NCBI GenBank assembly: GCA_024346625.1
Contig: AP024668.1
Span: 372,001-436,000 of the forward strand
Direction: 5' to 3'
Source of the DNA: Williopsis jadinii
Lineage: Eukaryota
Length of the DNA: 64,000 nucleotides
The translations under genes and the position numbers were made by a program. Shown here one piece after another: positions 21,436 through 34,089 of the stretch. The number at the start of each line of letters is the position of its first letter. The first letter of the stretch is position 1. The notes below the pieces were generated by a model. It was not told the DNA's origin. It made no database searches and saw nothing but the letters and a program-made list of their open reading frames with translations.

Positions 21436-23202
21436 TCAACACCAGATTCTGTAGAATCTGTAGTAGAAAGGCTTTGAAGCGATGAAAGCCTTCTCCTCGG
21501 CAATCTCTTGCTTGAGCAAGTCCAAATCGTGCTCAGCTCTACCACTGTCCAAATCCATATCAGAGGCCTTAATGTACCAGGATTTGTTTTTCTTCCAGAG
21601 CTTGTGGAAGACGTAGAAGGCAATGATGACTGGCAAGGCCAAGTAAGCTTGGAAGAAATCACTTGGATCTGGGCTTCCACCCAATGGGAAAAGGGCAACC
21701 CAGAATTGAGCCACGAGAATCAAAATGTTGAGAACGACACCATACCAGGAACCAAGGAGACCACATTGAGACATGAAGGCCAATTCTTCGTTTGGATTAC
21801 GACCTTGAGCCTTCATACCAGCTCTGAATCTGATATGAGCAAAGCAGACAGAACCCCAGGTGAACACAGAGGACAAACCAGAAATGGCCAACAACCAGTT
21901 GAAAACGTCACCTTGCTTGTCGGAAGCAGAGACGAAACACAAGAGACCAACAATCAAAGTGACAAGCGTGGCCCAGATTGGACGACCCTTCTTGTCAACG
22001 TACATCAACCAAGAAGGTGCAAAGCCTTGACCACCAAGAGAAACCAGTGTACGAGAACAAGCGTAGACAGAGGAGTTACCGACAGACAGAACAGCAATCA
22101 TAATAACCACGTTCATAACGTCATCCAAACCACCGATACCAGCGTTGTTGATGGCAATGACGAAAGGAGAAGCAGAGGCATCGGATGCAGTACCCAATCT
22201 TGAGTCAGTGTAAGGCACAAGCAAACCAACAAGGGTTAAAGAAACAATGTAGAACAAGGTGATTCTCCAGAAGACTTGCTTGGTGGCTCTTGGAAGGGAC
22301 TTTCTTGGGTTTTGAGTCTCACAGGCAGCCAAACCAACCAGCTCGGTACCGGCAAAGGAGAAGGCAGCAGTGACAAACACAGCACACACACCCTTGAACC
22401 CGTTGGAGAAAGCACCTGGGTCGTGCCAGTACTTTCCTCCGATGTAACCACCTTTTGGACCACCACCACAGTTCAGGATAATACCCAAGATGATGAAACC
22501 AATGACAGCGAGCACCTTGACGAAAGAGAAGATGAACTCGGCTTCACCGTAACCCTTGACACCAAAGAAATTAAGAACAACGATGAATACGTAAAAGATC
22601 GACACCCAGGCAACAGAGTTGATCTCAGAGTTCCAGTAACCAATAGTAATAGAAGCAGCGACAAGTTCCAAAGGCATAACAATCAGCCATTGCAGGGCAT
22701 AGTTCCAGCCCATGGCAAAACCCCAGGATGGATCGATAAATCTGGTGGAGTACACGTTAAAACCACCAGAGATTGGGAATCTAACAGCCAACTCACCAAT
22801 GGCATGGACAGTAGAGAAAATCATGGTACCAACCAAACTCCAAGCGATAAGCAGAGCAGCTGGACCACCCTTCTTCAGAGCACCACCGGAACCGACGAAC
22901 AAACCAGTACCAATGGCACCACCAATGGCAATCATCTGTAAATGTCTGTTCTTCAGGTTCTTCTGCAACGGCGACTGGGAGGTCTTCGCAATAGCCTTCT
23001 CCAGCTCACTCATGTTGGACGTGTCAACGCCCACAAGTTCAGCCTCCTTGAAGGAGTCTTTGAAGCGGCCCCACCACGACAGGTTGGAAACGTCAACATC
23101 ATCGTTAGAGATGGACACAGAGTCACCGGCCTCCAGCGTATCGGCGACCGTGAAAGTGTTGATGTCCTTGGACTTGACCTCTGAGATATCGTTCGAGGAC
23201 AT
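21436..23202 (-). CDS. GAP1: General amino-acid permease, Gap1-like
   Basis: LKNRHLQMIAIGGAIGTGLFVGSG, GVKGYGEAEF, FSFAGTELVG, C-terminal DLDLLKQEIAEEK...YRIWC. Confidence 0.88.
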   Translation of the reverse strand: MSSNDISEVKSKDINTFTVADTLEAGDSVSISNDDVDVSNLSWWGRFKDSFKEAELVGVDTSNMSELEKAIAKTSQSPLQKNLKNRHLQMIAIGGAIGTGLFVGSGGALKKGGPAALLIAWSLVGTMIFSTVHAIGELAVRFPISGGFNVYSTRFIDPSWGFAMGWNYALQWLIVMPLELVAASITIGYWNSEINSVAWVSIFYVFIVVLNFFGVKGYGEAEFIFSFVKVLAVIGFIILGIILNCGGGPKGGYIGGKYWHDPGAFSNGFKGVCAVFVTAAFSFAGTELVGLAACETQNPRKSLPRATKQVFWRITLFYIVSLTLVGLLVPYTDSRLGTASDASASPFVIAINNAGIGGLDDVMNVVIMIAVLSVGNSSVYACSRTLVSLGGQGFAPSWLMYVDKKGRPIWATLVTLIVGLLCFVSASDKQGDVFNWLLAISGLSSVFTWGSVCFAHIRFRAGMKAQGRNPNEELAFMSQCGLLGSWYGVVLNILILVAQFWVALFPLGGSPDPSDFFQAYLALPVIIAFYVFHKLWKKNKSWYIKASDMDLDSGRAEHDLDLLKQEIAEEKAFIASKPFYYRFYRIWC

Positions 23203-26200
23203 GTTTAGAATACTATGCGTATGTATACAAGTCTGTAATAGAGTATGACACCACAGACAAGAGCAAAACCTACCAGCACAATGGCGGATTCATCGTGCTT
23301 TATATACCATTACAACTTTCATTGTTCAGCACAGATCGCACCGGGCCCGCTGCCATGAGCACATCTCCCCAACTTCTGTCCTGGATGATAAAAGAGACAT
23401 CACTTGTGCCTCATGGTTGGATCTTTGATTCTGGGATTGCTGTGGTTGCGTATCAGTATGCGTCGTCGTGCATAATTCTGCGGCGCATCTTTATCGTGCG
23501 CGCCAACTCGTGCTGCCGCTCATGGGCATACACGACCGGCACTAGGAGGTCTTATCAACGATGGATTGAGGATGTTATCGGTGTGCGTGTACGTGGATTA
23601 CACAGCGTGAGAACTTTTCCTGGGAAGAGGTCAAGGACATTGTGGTTGTGGTGTGTTGTGGCGTGTTGCCTGTGGGTTTGTTCCGTGCCTGTGTCTGTAA
23701 TCATGACGAGTGTTAACAACGAAGCTGGCGTGTTGATGGGGAGAGCAGTAGCAAGGGCATAGCGAGCACACCAGCGGGCTTTCTTCCCCACAAACAGCAG
23801 CTTCAACCGCACCAGCATGGCACGATTGTCATTGGAGCCACTCGAGCCATTCTTGTTCAACCATAGGTCCGGTGACCTCGTATCATTCGCCAACCCACCA
23901 CAGTCACACACAGGTAGGGCCTCCCCACGCCCAGCTCGCCAGCTCGCCATCTGCGCCAACGGGACCAGAACTCCCACCAATCTGCCCCTAATCTCGCCCA
24001 TATGCTGCCGGTGCCGAGTGACTTGGAGGGGGACCACCAGGGGCCCCATTGATTACCAAAAGCCATTGCGTTACTTGGCTTTCCCAGTGTTGGAAGGTCT
24101 GATAGCAACTGCCACTCACAGAGGGAAAGGGCTCTCTAACGCCGTTGCTATGGAGGAAAAACGCCACACGCTGCACCCGCGCCAAAAAGAAAAGAAACTT
24201 TTTGGTGCCGTGCGCAAGGTGCAGTTTTTTTTATTTTTGTACGCGCTAAAAATGACGTGAAAACTATAAAAGTTGTAAGGCTGTTTCTTTTTTTCCTTCC
24301 GGATTTGATCTGGAATGGAACTTATACAGAAGATGTTACAATAGGCGTTGTGTGGTTTGGGAAGTTGACGTTGGCGTGATCTTTCAAGCGGATTCGTCTC
24401 TTGCACAGGTTGGAGGAGAAGCTTGAAGGGTACTCGGATGTCTCGTTGGCCTGGGGTTTGTAGAATATCCAGCATGTATGGCCTTGTAGGAAGTTGGAGG
24501 GCCTTGTCGGAAGAATAGCGCCAAAGAAAGGCCGTAGCGATCTGCAATTGACCAACTGTGGCGACCTTTGTGAAGAGCTAGACAGAGCTTGTAGAGGGGA
24601 ATCCCTGTGCGACGTCGATACACCGAAGCCACCCGTGTGGGTTATCGATATGGGCATTTCCTGATGTCCGATGGTGTGCCCTAGGAGCGACGACTATCAT
24701 GTTAATTGTGTGTCGTTTAGTCCTCTCTGCCTAGAAACAGGGCCCGTTTATCACAATCAACCCCGTTGAACACCGGTGGCACGGCATCAATGGCCCTTTG
24801 GCCATGGACAAGGAAAGCAGAATCAGTGCCGTTGGTGTCAGCGTGAAGTTTGGCGCATCTATGCATTGTCAATTGTGATGGCTCCTTTGTAGGCTGATCT
24901 AAAACGCTTATAGCCCTGCAGAAAGAGTGGCCGCAACAGTCCAAATGATGAAACATCACATGCATTCCATCCAGCGCTCAGGATTGAGATGGTTGATAGA
25001 GCGCGTAAGCTCTAGAGCTTAGAGTGCGAGCTGGTGATTCGCAGCCGTTGGCGTCCGCCTGGTTAGACAAGTGTACTTTGAGAATAATACTCTACCCGCT
25101 TTCTTGCCTCGGATAGTGTTAATACATAAGATATGGCTCCTTCCATTAAATAGAACGTGTGTCAGCTCCCCACAGTGTTCTCACTTATGCCACCAATAAC
25201 CTTGGATCGTGATCTTGTATCATGAGACCAATGTACAAACACGCCCACTTGTGGAGCTGTAACCTTGGAAGCCCTAGTACGTTGATAAGGTTGAGTTGTA
25301 CCCAGCTTGATCTCAAGACCACATTCCTTAGCTGACTACTGGATTGTTCAAGATTGAATGATGTAATGTAGGAATAGAATCAGCAACACTTGGTAGGAAT
25401 CAACCTGAAACGATGCATAAATCGCAAGCATGCGTCAGTTTCGAATCTTGACAATGATATCCTTGCAGCCAATCCGTCAAATCATCACGATGGAACGATC
25501 CCAGCGTCCCTGAAGCTGGTCATATCTCACCACCTACTGTGCAATGTCGTTTACAGCGTACTTCTAGTGGCTTTCCCTCATATTCAAATCAGGAAATCTT
25601 GATAATCCAGGTGTCCTGAGCCTCTCCAGGCGGTACTGTTTAAGGCTTGTAAGCTGTTGCTTTTCAAGATTGATAACCTTGCATGCTCTCTGACAATGGC
25701 CTCTTATAGGCCACATTTCTTAGATGATGACAGTCTGTGCGTTCAGATCACTTAGTAGTACTTCCTGGAGCTTAGATGCCGAGATTGAGCATTCGGTTAG
25801 CATTTCCATTAGGATCGAAAGGTGTGTCTAGCATATGATGATGCAGTTGGAATCAAAGGCTCAATGTGTTATATGGACCGAGGGCTGGTGATACCTGGGG
25901 AGCTACGTGTATAGTGACAGGATGCCAGAGGATCAGCACAGGTTAGGCGACTCTGCCCTTATGGATAGTAGAGTTACTGTAAACAATGGAAATCAGATTA
26001 CACTGACTGTTGCTGCGATGAAAGAGAATATGAGTGTTGTACAGTGGCTTCAGAGTGTCACTCCAAGGAGCATTTAAACAAGAGGGCGACCACCTGAAGC
26101 CAAGTGCTAAGAGTTTAGGAGCCTACCTCTCTGCTTTGGGAGCGGAGGAGGGTTCAGAGAGGACGAAACGCCAACACAGCCAACATGTTAATGACTATAG

Positions 26201-27052
26201 AGAATGGCTACTGAGAATGGCTTCACAGAATAACACACCCAAACCACGCATTGTGGTCCAGCATGTAAAACATGGCAAGACCTGCTGCGAAACCTATCCG
26301 TATACTTCATGACAAGGCAAAAGTCCTAAACAACTGTTGAACCTCATGATGATATCGTTGGGGATGAAATTGGCTCCTGTTTGACAGAACCAATCGCAGT
26401 ACAATCTGGATTGAAACACGGTTCAACCACGGGCTGTCATCGTTCTCTGCCCCCATATCCTTACTTCCTCCACCAGCGTAACCCTCCTACTATTGTCCGC
26501 ATACTACAGTAGCCCTGCTCCCTCCAATTGAAGGCATATGGCACTCGCTAGTATGCAGTTGCTCCTACACTGTCCTGTGAAGGCACCTGATACGTGCCCA
26601 CCCCCTAGTTCACCATATTCACACAGCATTAGGAGGAGAGAGGCCACAACAGAATACTTGCCAATGTGCAAATCGTGCACAGCGGGTACACACTACGAAA
26701 GCCCAAGCCACGGCCTGTTTCCAAAGCCATTGGCCAACCTTAGATCTCGACAGTTAGCCCATTCCATTGTCCTCTACGCTCGCCTCATCAGCCAGCACCA
26801 AGTACCAGGCATTCCTCACGTGCTTTCAACCTGGCTCACCACCATTGTTTCCCGCCTTCAGCTTATTCTAAAGTGCTTGTATACATTAACGAGATTTTCC
26901 AGAAGGTTCCCACAAAGCAACCACAAAACCGAGCGAAACGTGAAAATGTTCAAAGGACAACAACGAAAAACACGCGCGTAAAATTTGATTCAAAGGCCAA
27001 AACACTTGAACAACAAACCCAAGCGCTGTGTTCAAAAGCATTGAAATCGACG

Positions 27053-30000
27053 ATGAGTGAGCCAAAGATCGATTCCATTGCGTTCAGAAAACGTGTTGGC
27101 ATCATCCAGAAGAGAATTGCGGAAGATGGTTTCAATGGCGCTGGTTCCTTGCTTGTTGTTGTTGGTTCATCTGATGAAGAGAACCCATATCAAAAGTCAA
27201 CAATTTTGCACAACTGGCTGCTGGGCTATGAGTTCCCTGCCACTGCCATCTTCATAACAAAGGACAAGGTTGTGTTCATCACGTCTGTTGGGAAGACCAA
27301 GTATCTGGGCGGTATTAAGAACGGCGGCTCTGTTGATGTTTGGGCGCGTACGAAGGACGCGGACAACAACAAGAAGCTGTGGGATGACTTGGTGGGCGAG
27401 TTGAAACAGGTGCACAAGGTTGGTATCATCACGAAGGATAAGTTCCAAGGTAAGCTCATCAACGAATGGGAGCCAATATGGGATTCCGTGAAAGGTGAGC
27501 TGGAGTTGATTGACGTTTCAGTGCAGCTGTCCCAATGTTGGGAAACAAAGGATACCAAGGAGCTGAGTAGAATCACCATGGCGGCGAAGACAAGTTCTGA
27601 GTTCATGAACTACTTCTCGGATGAAATGGTCCGTGTTGTTGACGAGGAGTTGAAAGTGTCTCACTCAAAGCTCACAGAACGTGTTGAAAATAAGATTGAT
27701 GAGGATAAGTTCCTTGCACAGCTCAAGAAGAAGTTCGGCTCTCAGTTGGACTTGAACCTTCTGGACTGGTGCTATACTCCAATTATCCAGAGTGGTGGCA
27801 AATACGACCTGAGACCAAGTGCACAATCCAACGATGACAACCTCCACGGTGGTGTTGTGATTGCCTCGTTGGGTATCAGATATATGTCATATTGCTCAAA
27901 TATAGCACGTACATTCCTTGTGGACCCAACTCCTGAGGTGGACAAGAACTATGACTTTTTGATTGCAGTTCAGAAAAAGGTCATTTCCCTGTTGAAACCT
28001 GGCACTACTGGCTCAAAGATCTACACTGAAACGTTGGAGTTTATCAAGTCTGAGAGACCAGAATTGGAAAAGCACTTCACGAAGAACGTTGGTTGGATCA
28101 TTGGTTTGGAGTTCAGAGACAATACGTTCTTGCTGAATCCAAAGAACGAACGTGAACTTCCAGATAACTCAACTTTCGACCTCACCATCGGTTTCCAGAA
28201 CTTGGCTAATGAGGCTTCAAAGGATCCAAAGACAAAGAACTATTCCTTGTTGTTGACAGATACTGTCAAGATTGTTGATTCTACGCCATCTGTGATCACT
28301 GAATACACAAAGACAAGAGCTGATGTGTCTTTCTTCTTTAAAGATGAGACTGAAAATGTCAAGAAGGAGGTTCTCGACTTGGCTGATGACGATGTGAAGC
28401 CAAAGAGGGACACCACAGGAGCAAACTCGAAGATTCTCAAGTCCAAACTTCGTACGGAGACGAAGAACCACGATGAACTCGATGACACTCGTCAAAGACA
28501 ACAGCAAAAGGAATTACATGAAAAGAGACAAAGAGAAGGTTTGAGCAGATTCAGCGATACAAGTGCTACGAATCCAAACGAACGTAAAGTTATCTTCAAG
28601 AAATACGAATCTTATGTCAGAGAGACACAGATTCCAACGATGGTTAAGGACTTGAAGGCCCATGTTGATTTCAAGACTCAGACCATACTGATTCCAATTT
28701 CTGGTAGACCAGTTCCATTCCATATTAACTCTTACAAAAACGGGTCCAAGACGGACGAAGGTGACTATACCTATCTGAGATTGAACTTCAACTCTCCTGG
28801 TGTTGGTGGTAATACTTCCAAGAAGGATGAGATTCCATATGAAGATGATGGTTCGAAGCAGTTTGTCCGTTCTATTACCCTAAGATCCAGAGATGCTGAG
28901 CACATGGCACAGGTTTTCAAGGATATTTCTGACTTGAAGAAAGAATCACAAAAGAAAGAAGCAGATAAGAAGAATATGGCAGACGTTGTTGCCCAAGCAG
29001 AGTTGATCCTTGCAAAGCCGGGTAGATTAAGAAGAATGGATAACATCTTTGTTAGACCATCTCCTGACACAAAGAGAGTCCCAGGTTCCCTGTCTATCCA
29101 TGAGAACGGTTTGAGGTATCAATCTTCTTTGAAACAGGATTCTAGAATCGATATTCTGTTTTCCAACATGAAACATCTTTTCTTCCAGCCCTGCAAGGAT
29201 GAATTGATTGTTCTTATCCATGTTCACTTGAAGACCCCTTTGATTGTTGGTAAAAAGAAAACATTTGACGTTCAATTCTACAGAGAAGCATCCGATATTG
29301 CTTTTGATGAGACCAACGGTGCTAGAAGGGGTGCCAGAAGAAGATACGGTGATGATGACGAATTGGAACAAGAACAAGAAGAAAGAAGAAGAAAAGCTGC
29401 CCTTGATAAGGAGTTTAGAAAATTCGCCGAGTTGATTGCAGATTCTTCCCACGGTGCTGTTGATTTGGACATTCCATTCAGAGAACTAGGATTCCAAGGT
29501 GTTCCATTTAGAGCTGCAACATTCTTGATGCCGACTAGAGACTGTTTGGTGCAGTTGATTGATCCACCGTTCCTTGTTGTCACACTGGAAGAGGTTGAGA
29601 TTGCCCATCTTGAAAGAGTTCAATTTGGATTGAAGAACTTTGATATGGTTTTCGTCTTTAGAGATTTCGGCAAAGCTGTTGTTCATGTCAACACCATTCC
29701 AATTGAAGTCTTGGAAGATGTTAAGTCGTGGTTAACCGATGTCGACATTCCATTTACAGAATCCACGATCAATCTGAACTGGTCCACTATCATGAAGACA
29801 TTGCAAGCTGATCCAAAACAATTCTTCCTTGATGGTGGTTGGTCTTTCCTTGCTGGTAACTCTGATGATGAAGAAAGCGAACAGAGTGAAGAAGAGTCCG
29901 AGTACGAGGTTAGTGACGAAGATCCAGAGGATGAAGATGTTGACAGTGAGGATGACTACAGCGAAGGGGGTGATGACGATTCTGGAAGTGACTTTAGTGG

Positions 30001-30097
30001 TGATGATGACGACGACGATGAGGAAGAATCCGCTGATGATTGGGATGAGATGGAGAAGAAGGCTGCCAAGGAAGATGCAAGCAGTAGATTTGACTGA
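27053..30097 (+). CDS. SPT16: FACT complex subunit Spt16
   Basis: ATG at 27053; WLLGYEFP, PIIQSGGKYDL, GRPVPFHI, ERVQFGLKNFD, acidic tail. Confidence 0.98.
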   Translation: MSEPKIDSIAFRKRVGIIQKRIAEDGFNGAGSLLVVVGSSDEENPYQKSTILHNWLLGYEFPATAIFITKDKVVFITSVGKTKYLGGIKNGGSVDVWARTKDADNNKKLWDDLVGELKQVHKVGIITKDKFQGKLINEWEPIWDSVKGELELIDVSVQLSQCWETKDTKELSRITMAAKTSSEFMNYFSDEMVRVVDEELKVSHSKLTERVENKIDEDKFLAQLKKKFGSQLDLNLLDWCYTPIIQSGGKYDLRPSAQSNDDNLHGGVVIASLGIRYMSYCSNIARTFLVDPTPEVDKNYDFLIAVQKKVISLLKPGTTGSKIYTETLEFIKSERPELEKHFTKNVGWIIGLEFRDNTFLLNPKNERELPDNSTFDLTIGFQNLANEASKDPKTKNYSLLLTDTVKIVDSTPSVITEYTKTRADVSFFFKDETENVKKEVLDLADDDVKPKRDTTGANSKILKSKLRTETKNHDELDDTRQRQQQKELHEKRQREGLSRFSDTSATNPNERKVIFKKYESYVRETQIPTMVKDLKAHVDFKTQTILIPISGRPVPFHINSYKNGSKTDEGDYTYLRLNFNSPGVGGNTSKKDEIPYEDDGSKQFVRSITLRSRDAEHMAQVFKDISDLKKESQKKEADKKNMADVVAQAELILAKPGRLRRMDNIFVRPSPDTKRVPGSLSIHENGLRYQSSLKQDSRIDILFSNMKHLFFQPCKDELIVLIHVHLKTPLIVGKKKTFDVQFYREASDIAFDETNGARRGARRRYGDDDELEQEQEERRRKAALDKEFRKFAELIADSSHGAVDLDIPFRELGFQGVPFRAATFLMPTRDCLVQLIDPPFLVVTLEEVEIAHLERVQFGLKNFDMVFVFRDFGKAVVHVNTIPIEVLEDVKSWLTDVDIPFTESTINLNWSTIMKTLQADPKQFFLDGGWSFLAGNSDDEESEQSEEESEYEVSDEDPEDEDVDSEDDYSEGGDDDSGSDFSGDDDDDDEEESADDWDEMEKKAAKEDASSRFD

Positions 30098-30230
30098 TTA
30101 ATCGTTTAGAATACCTCCTTCTTGTGTTCTAACTACTAAAGATATGGTTATATTGAATTTTTCAACGTGCGCTGGCATTGTAGAAGTACAGTGTAAAAAC
30201 GATTGTCTAAGCTGTTATTATGGTTATTGT

Positions 30231-31784
30231 TCAACGTTCTTTTTGAGGGCCAATACCCCGGTCATCAACTTTTCTCATGTATGCATCTTCAACGGATGTT
30301 CTGTTCGTATATCCAATAGCAGCTGGTTGATAACTCGTTGCGACGTTATAAATAGGCTCCAATTGTTGGTGGTTTTGGTGAGGATGATGTTGAGGATGAG
30401 GAGCATACTGGTAGTACAGTGGCTGTGGTTGTGGTTGCTGCTGCTGATGACGTTGCTGTTGTTGCACTGTGTAATCTTGTATTGGTGGTAAATGTGTAAC
30501 CATCTGTGAGCGTGCAGGGAATACAGGACGGTTGAATGTTGGTGAAGGGTTCATCTGGTGAGGGTAGTACTTTTGTGCGATTGACGGTAAGTTCATAGGC
30601 ATTGGCACTTGATGTATGTTCTGTTTATGTTGATTTCTTTGCTGCTCTGACTGCTTTTGGTGCTGATACTCCACAAGGGTATCTACTGGTGGTAATGAAT
30701 AGCTATGCTGAAGGGTATGAGGGCGTGATGGGACTCTCACATCACGGGAACATGACAACCGACGTAACTTTTGTGGGTTTTCCAAGGAATCTTCACTCTT
30801 TGAATCTTCGCTTTTACTCGAATCTTCATCAACATTTGTACTGGACCCCTTCTTCGTGGCAGCATTCGAGCTTCTCTTCCTCTGTCGTATTCTTGCTCCG
30901 TGATTGAATAGGAAGCTCGTCAATGGAGAAGACACCGTGGATCCCGTGAACTTCTTTGGCGTGAAGATCTGAAACTCGTCGGAGAGCGTGCTATTCCTGT
31001 GTACAACCTTCCCATTGAATGCTTCATAGAGGTCAAACTTCAACTTGAACTTCCCAATCTTCTTCACAGCAAGGTCAGAAAACACAAATGTTATTGCATA
31101 GTTGCTCGGGTCCAATTTCTCCACTGGTAACAGTCTGCCCAAATGGCCCTGAGATGACATGTTTATACGTAACGATATTGGCATGCCAGATGCCACATTA
31201 GTGCCAATCAGTAGGTCATTCGTGGATTCAACGGTTTCCGGGTTCTGGTGCTGAGGCCCCTGAACATCGGTTGCCTCTAACTTTGCAACGACAAAAAACG
31301 TTGAGTAGTGAACCCATGGAGGCACTCTATTTGATCTCATGGTCTTGATGACATCCAACTCCTTGATCCTCTCAATTGACTTTGGATCCTTATTTGCGCT
31401 CAACCCTTTTTTCAACTCGTCAATTATCGTCTCCTCCTGTGCCCTTGGCTTCATATCATCAACACACAGTTGCAATATGGGAGGAGGATGTATTGGCCTA
31501 TGCTCACTAAAGAACACTCTGCCTGAAGGATGGGTAGACACTTTTGCATGCACTGGTTGTTGTAGCAGTCTCAGCGATAGTTTGGGGTCCCTGGGCCTCC
31601 TAATGGTGCGTTTCTTTGGGTTATTAGTTGCCGGCACTGTCCGTGGTTCCACACACACTACGTCCACCGGGGTGCTGTCTGGCAAATCTCTGTGGGCTTC
31701 GCCAGCGTTATCACTGTGTGGTTCGTCATTGCCCGATAGCAGAAAGTCTATTGACGACTTTGAATGTGAATTAGTACTGGGCAT
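30231..31784 (-). CDS. Velvet-domain transcriptional regulator (VeA/VelB/VosA/VelC family)
   Basis: ATG at 31784. LRLLQQPVHAK...RPIHPPPILQL...FVFSDLAVKKIGKFKLKFDLYE...SDEFQIFTPKKFTGSTVSSPLTSFLFNHGARIRQRK; Q/P/H-rich tail. Confidence 0.88.
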   Translation of the reverse strand: MPSTNSHSKSSIDFLLSGNDEPHSDNAGEAHRDLPDSTPVDVVCVEPRTVPATNNPKKRTIRRPRDPKLSLRLLQQPVHAKVSTHPSGRVFFSEHRPIHPPPILQLCVDDMKPRAQEETIIDELKKGLSANKDPKSIERIKELDVIKTMRSNRVPPWVHYSTFFVVAKLEATDVQGPQHQNPETVESTNDLLIGTNVASGMPISLRINMSSQGHLGRLLPVEKLDPSNYAITFVFSDLAVKKIGKFKLKFDLYEAFNGKVVHRNSTLSDEFQIFTPKKFTGSTVSSPLTSFLFNHGARIRQRKRSSNAATKKGSSTNVDEDSSKSEDSKSEDSLENPQKLRRLSCSRDVRVPSRPHTLQHSYSLPPVDTLVEYQHQKQSEQQRNQHKQNIHQVPMPMNLPSIAQKYYPHQMNPSPTFNRPVFPARSQMVTHLPPIQDYTVQQQQRHQQQQPQPQPLYYQYAPHPQHHPHQNHQQLEPIYNVATSYQPAAIGYTNRTSVEDAYMRKVDDRGIGPQKER

Positions 31785-34089
31785 TGCGTTCACCAGAGAT
31801 CCCGAGCTGTGGGAGTCTAGCGGTACTAAATGTGTAGATGGACCAGGACAGCCAAAACCAAGCAGACACAGCAGAAAACAATGGACTGGAAACGAAAGAA
31901 GGAAAATCAGTTACAACCTGTGGAATGCTCGCGGAGTTGTGTGGGTTGCTATGACAGTTGCTTCCGAAATGCTCCAGGGTGGTTGCTATTAAAAGGACGT
32001 GGTTTGCTCGCTGACCTCGTTGCCTCTTAGCAAGAAGGGAAGAAGGACCGGTGAAAATATATCAGAAGGAGAACGGGAGAACACACACACACACACAGGC
32101 ACCACGCACTCGACCAATTCCTTTGATGTATAAGTGAACACTCACAGCTGAAGGCTCCTCTGATCGTTGTTCCGTTCCCTTGCAAAGTTGGTTACGTATG
32201 CATCAATGCGCCTCTTAAAGTTATGGTTAACCCGCACACGCTCACATGAACGCACACAGCTCTGTGTCTCTCTGCCTGTCTGCGCGGTGTCGTTGAACCT
32301 TCTTTCGCTATTTGGGCCCGCATTGTCAGCGTGGTGCTCCACTGGTTTAGTAGTCTATGGAGGCGTGGGTACGTTCACTGGAGAGGTGCAATTGGGCGAG
32401 GTGCGGTGGCCTTGTTGGAAAACACCGACACACACAAGCAGGCAGGGAGCGGGAAGACGGTTGGCGGATTTGGGTGTGTGGTGTGGCCGTTTCAGCTAAC
32501 TGTGCTTCTATGTGGTGTTGTTAAGTCCTTGTGGAAGGTGGTGATCTAACCACACTGTGGCCTCCATTGGAACGTCCCGCAGGAGGACGACGGAGGGAGA
32601 TTGGAGCACAGCACCATGTATGGATCGAGTCTGACGTATCTATCGTATGCGATGTATCTTTATTCCCTTAAGAACCTCTGAGCATCTACGAAAGACGCTC
32701 TCTTCAGCGTCGAATAATTTGCACAGATGAAGCGAGACTTGTCTTGTAACTGCGGGAACGGTGTGTGCCGCTGCGTGCCTGTCGATCCTTGTGCAGAAAC
32801 ACGCCTCTGGTTCTCTGACTTTGTGGGAAAGATCAACCGAGAGATATTTCATTCTGTTTCTCTCTCCCTATGCTTGTTGCTCTTCCTGGACTACTATCTC
32901 TGTGCCCGGAGTTTGGAGCGTCGAGGATGCGTACTTGAGCCAGTGCTTTGATGTGCGATGCCCGCTGCATTCTGATACAGTGCTGCTTTGGCACTTGAGT
33001 AGATAGACGAGGTAAGTCTTCTAAACGATCGGCTGTGTACCCAATCGACATGATCTATGGGTCTCCAGAAGACGCTGTGCAGCGAGTCTCTCTACCGAAG
33101 GTATAACATCTCAGCGGTGTGGAACTGGCCCTGGAGACACAACAGACACCTACAAAAGCACCAATGGGATACGCTCCTGTTCCCTGGTTCGATGGAACAT
33201 GCCCATGGAGCTTTATGCATAAAGCACACACACACACACAGCCCTCTCCTTTGGAGTAACGTGTTTACGAGATGCCTATAACTTCTATGTACGCCAACTC
33301 ATCAACTCACCGACAAGACAGGCTATCTCCGATGGCTTCGATCAGCATGTATTATGTAATCGCTTAGTAACCTCTGAGTGGCCTCTCTCCTCCAGCGGCC
33401 CCCACATCCTTGGGAAAAGTCCGGAAGAACGCAGAAAAAAAGAAACGTTGATCATTCTTTCCCATGATGTGTGCTTCTCGTAGCAAATGGACGTCTCCGC
33501 CGGTGCTTAACATTAAACCTGCGCTTGTCCTGTTTTTCTTGTCTGCGTCCCTCTCCCGTTCGCAGGAGGGATTCAACAAGGGCGATAGGGCCTCCCTTGT
33601 GAAGCGGATGGCGAGTCCGGCGGTGGAGTTTGATTGCTGTAGTGAACGATTGGGAATTGGCACAGGCTGTTTGGCTGGGCTGTTCAACCATGTCCCCAGT
33701 GTTCTTTTCTGCCCATAGTTATTGTAAAAGACACATTAACACGTCATATGCAAGCAATTTACGCCACTAACTGTAGGAAACTTTATACACTTCGCCAACG
33801 GGGATATGACCCTCACTGACATTAGCGCTGTGCTGTGACCCACCGGTCAGCTGCTGTCTTTCCCTAGGCTGTGTTAGGTTGAGTGTGCCTAAATCAGTGA
33901 CCACAGAACAGATACCAAGAGGTGGTTTTGCTCTTTTGGCTGCTCTCTTGGTACTGTCCAAGGTGACGATGTGTCACCTCCTTTTGTTCGGATTTATATA
34001 TAATTGAAATCCGGTACCATCTCCCCTTGGTGCATCTTGTTCGTCTACGAGAAGTTAAACCATTTGATCTTATTACGCAATAATACTCA

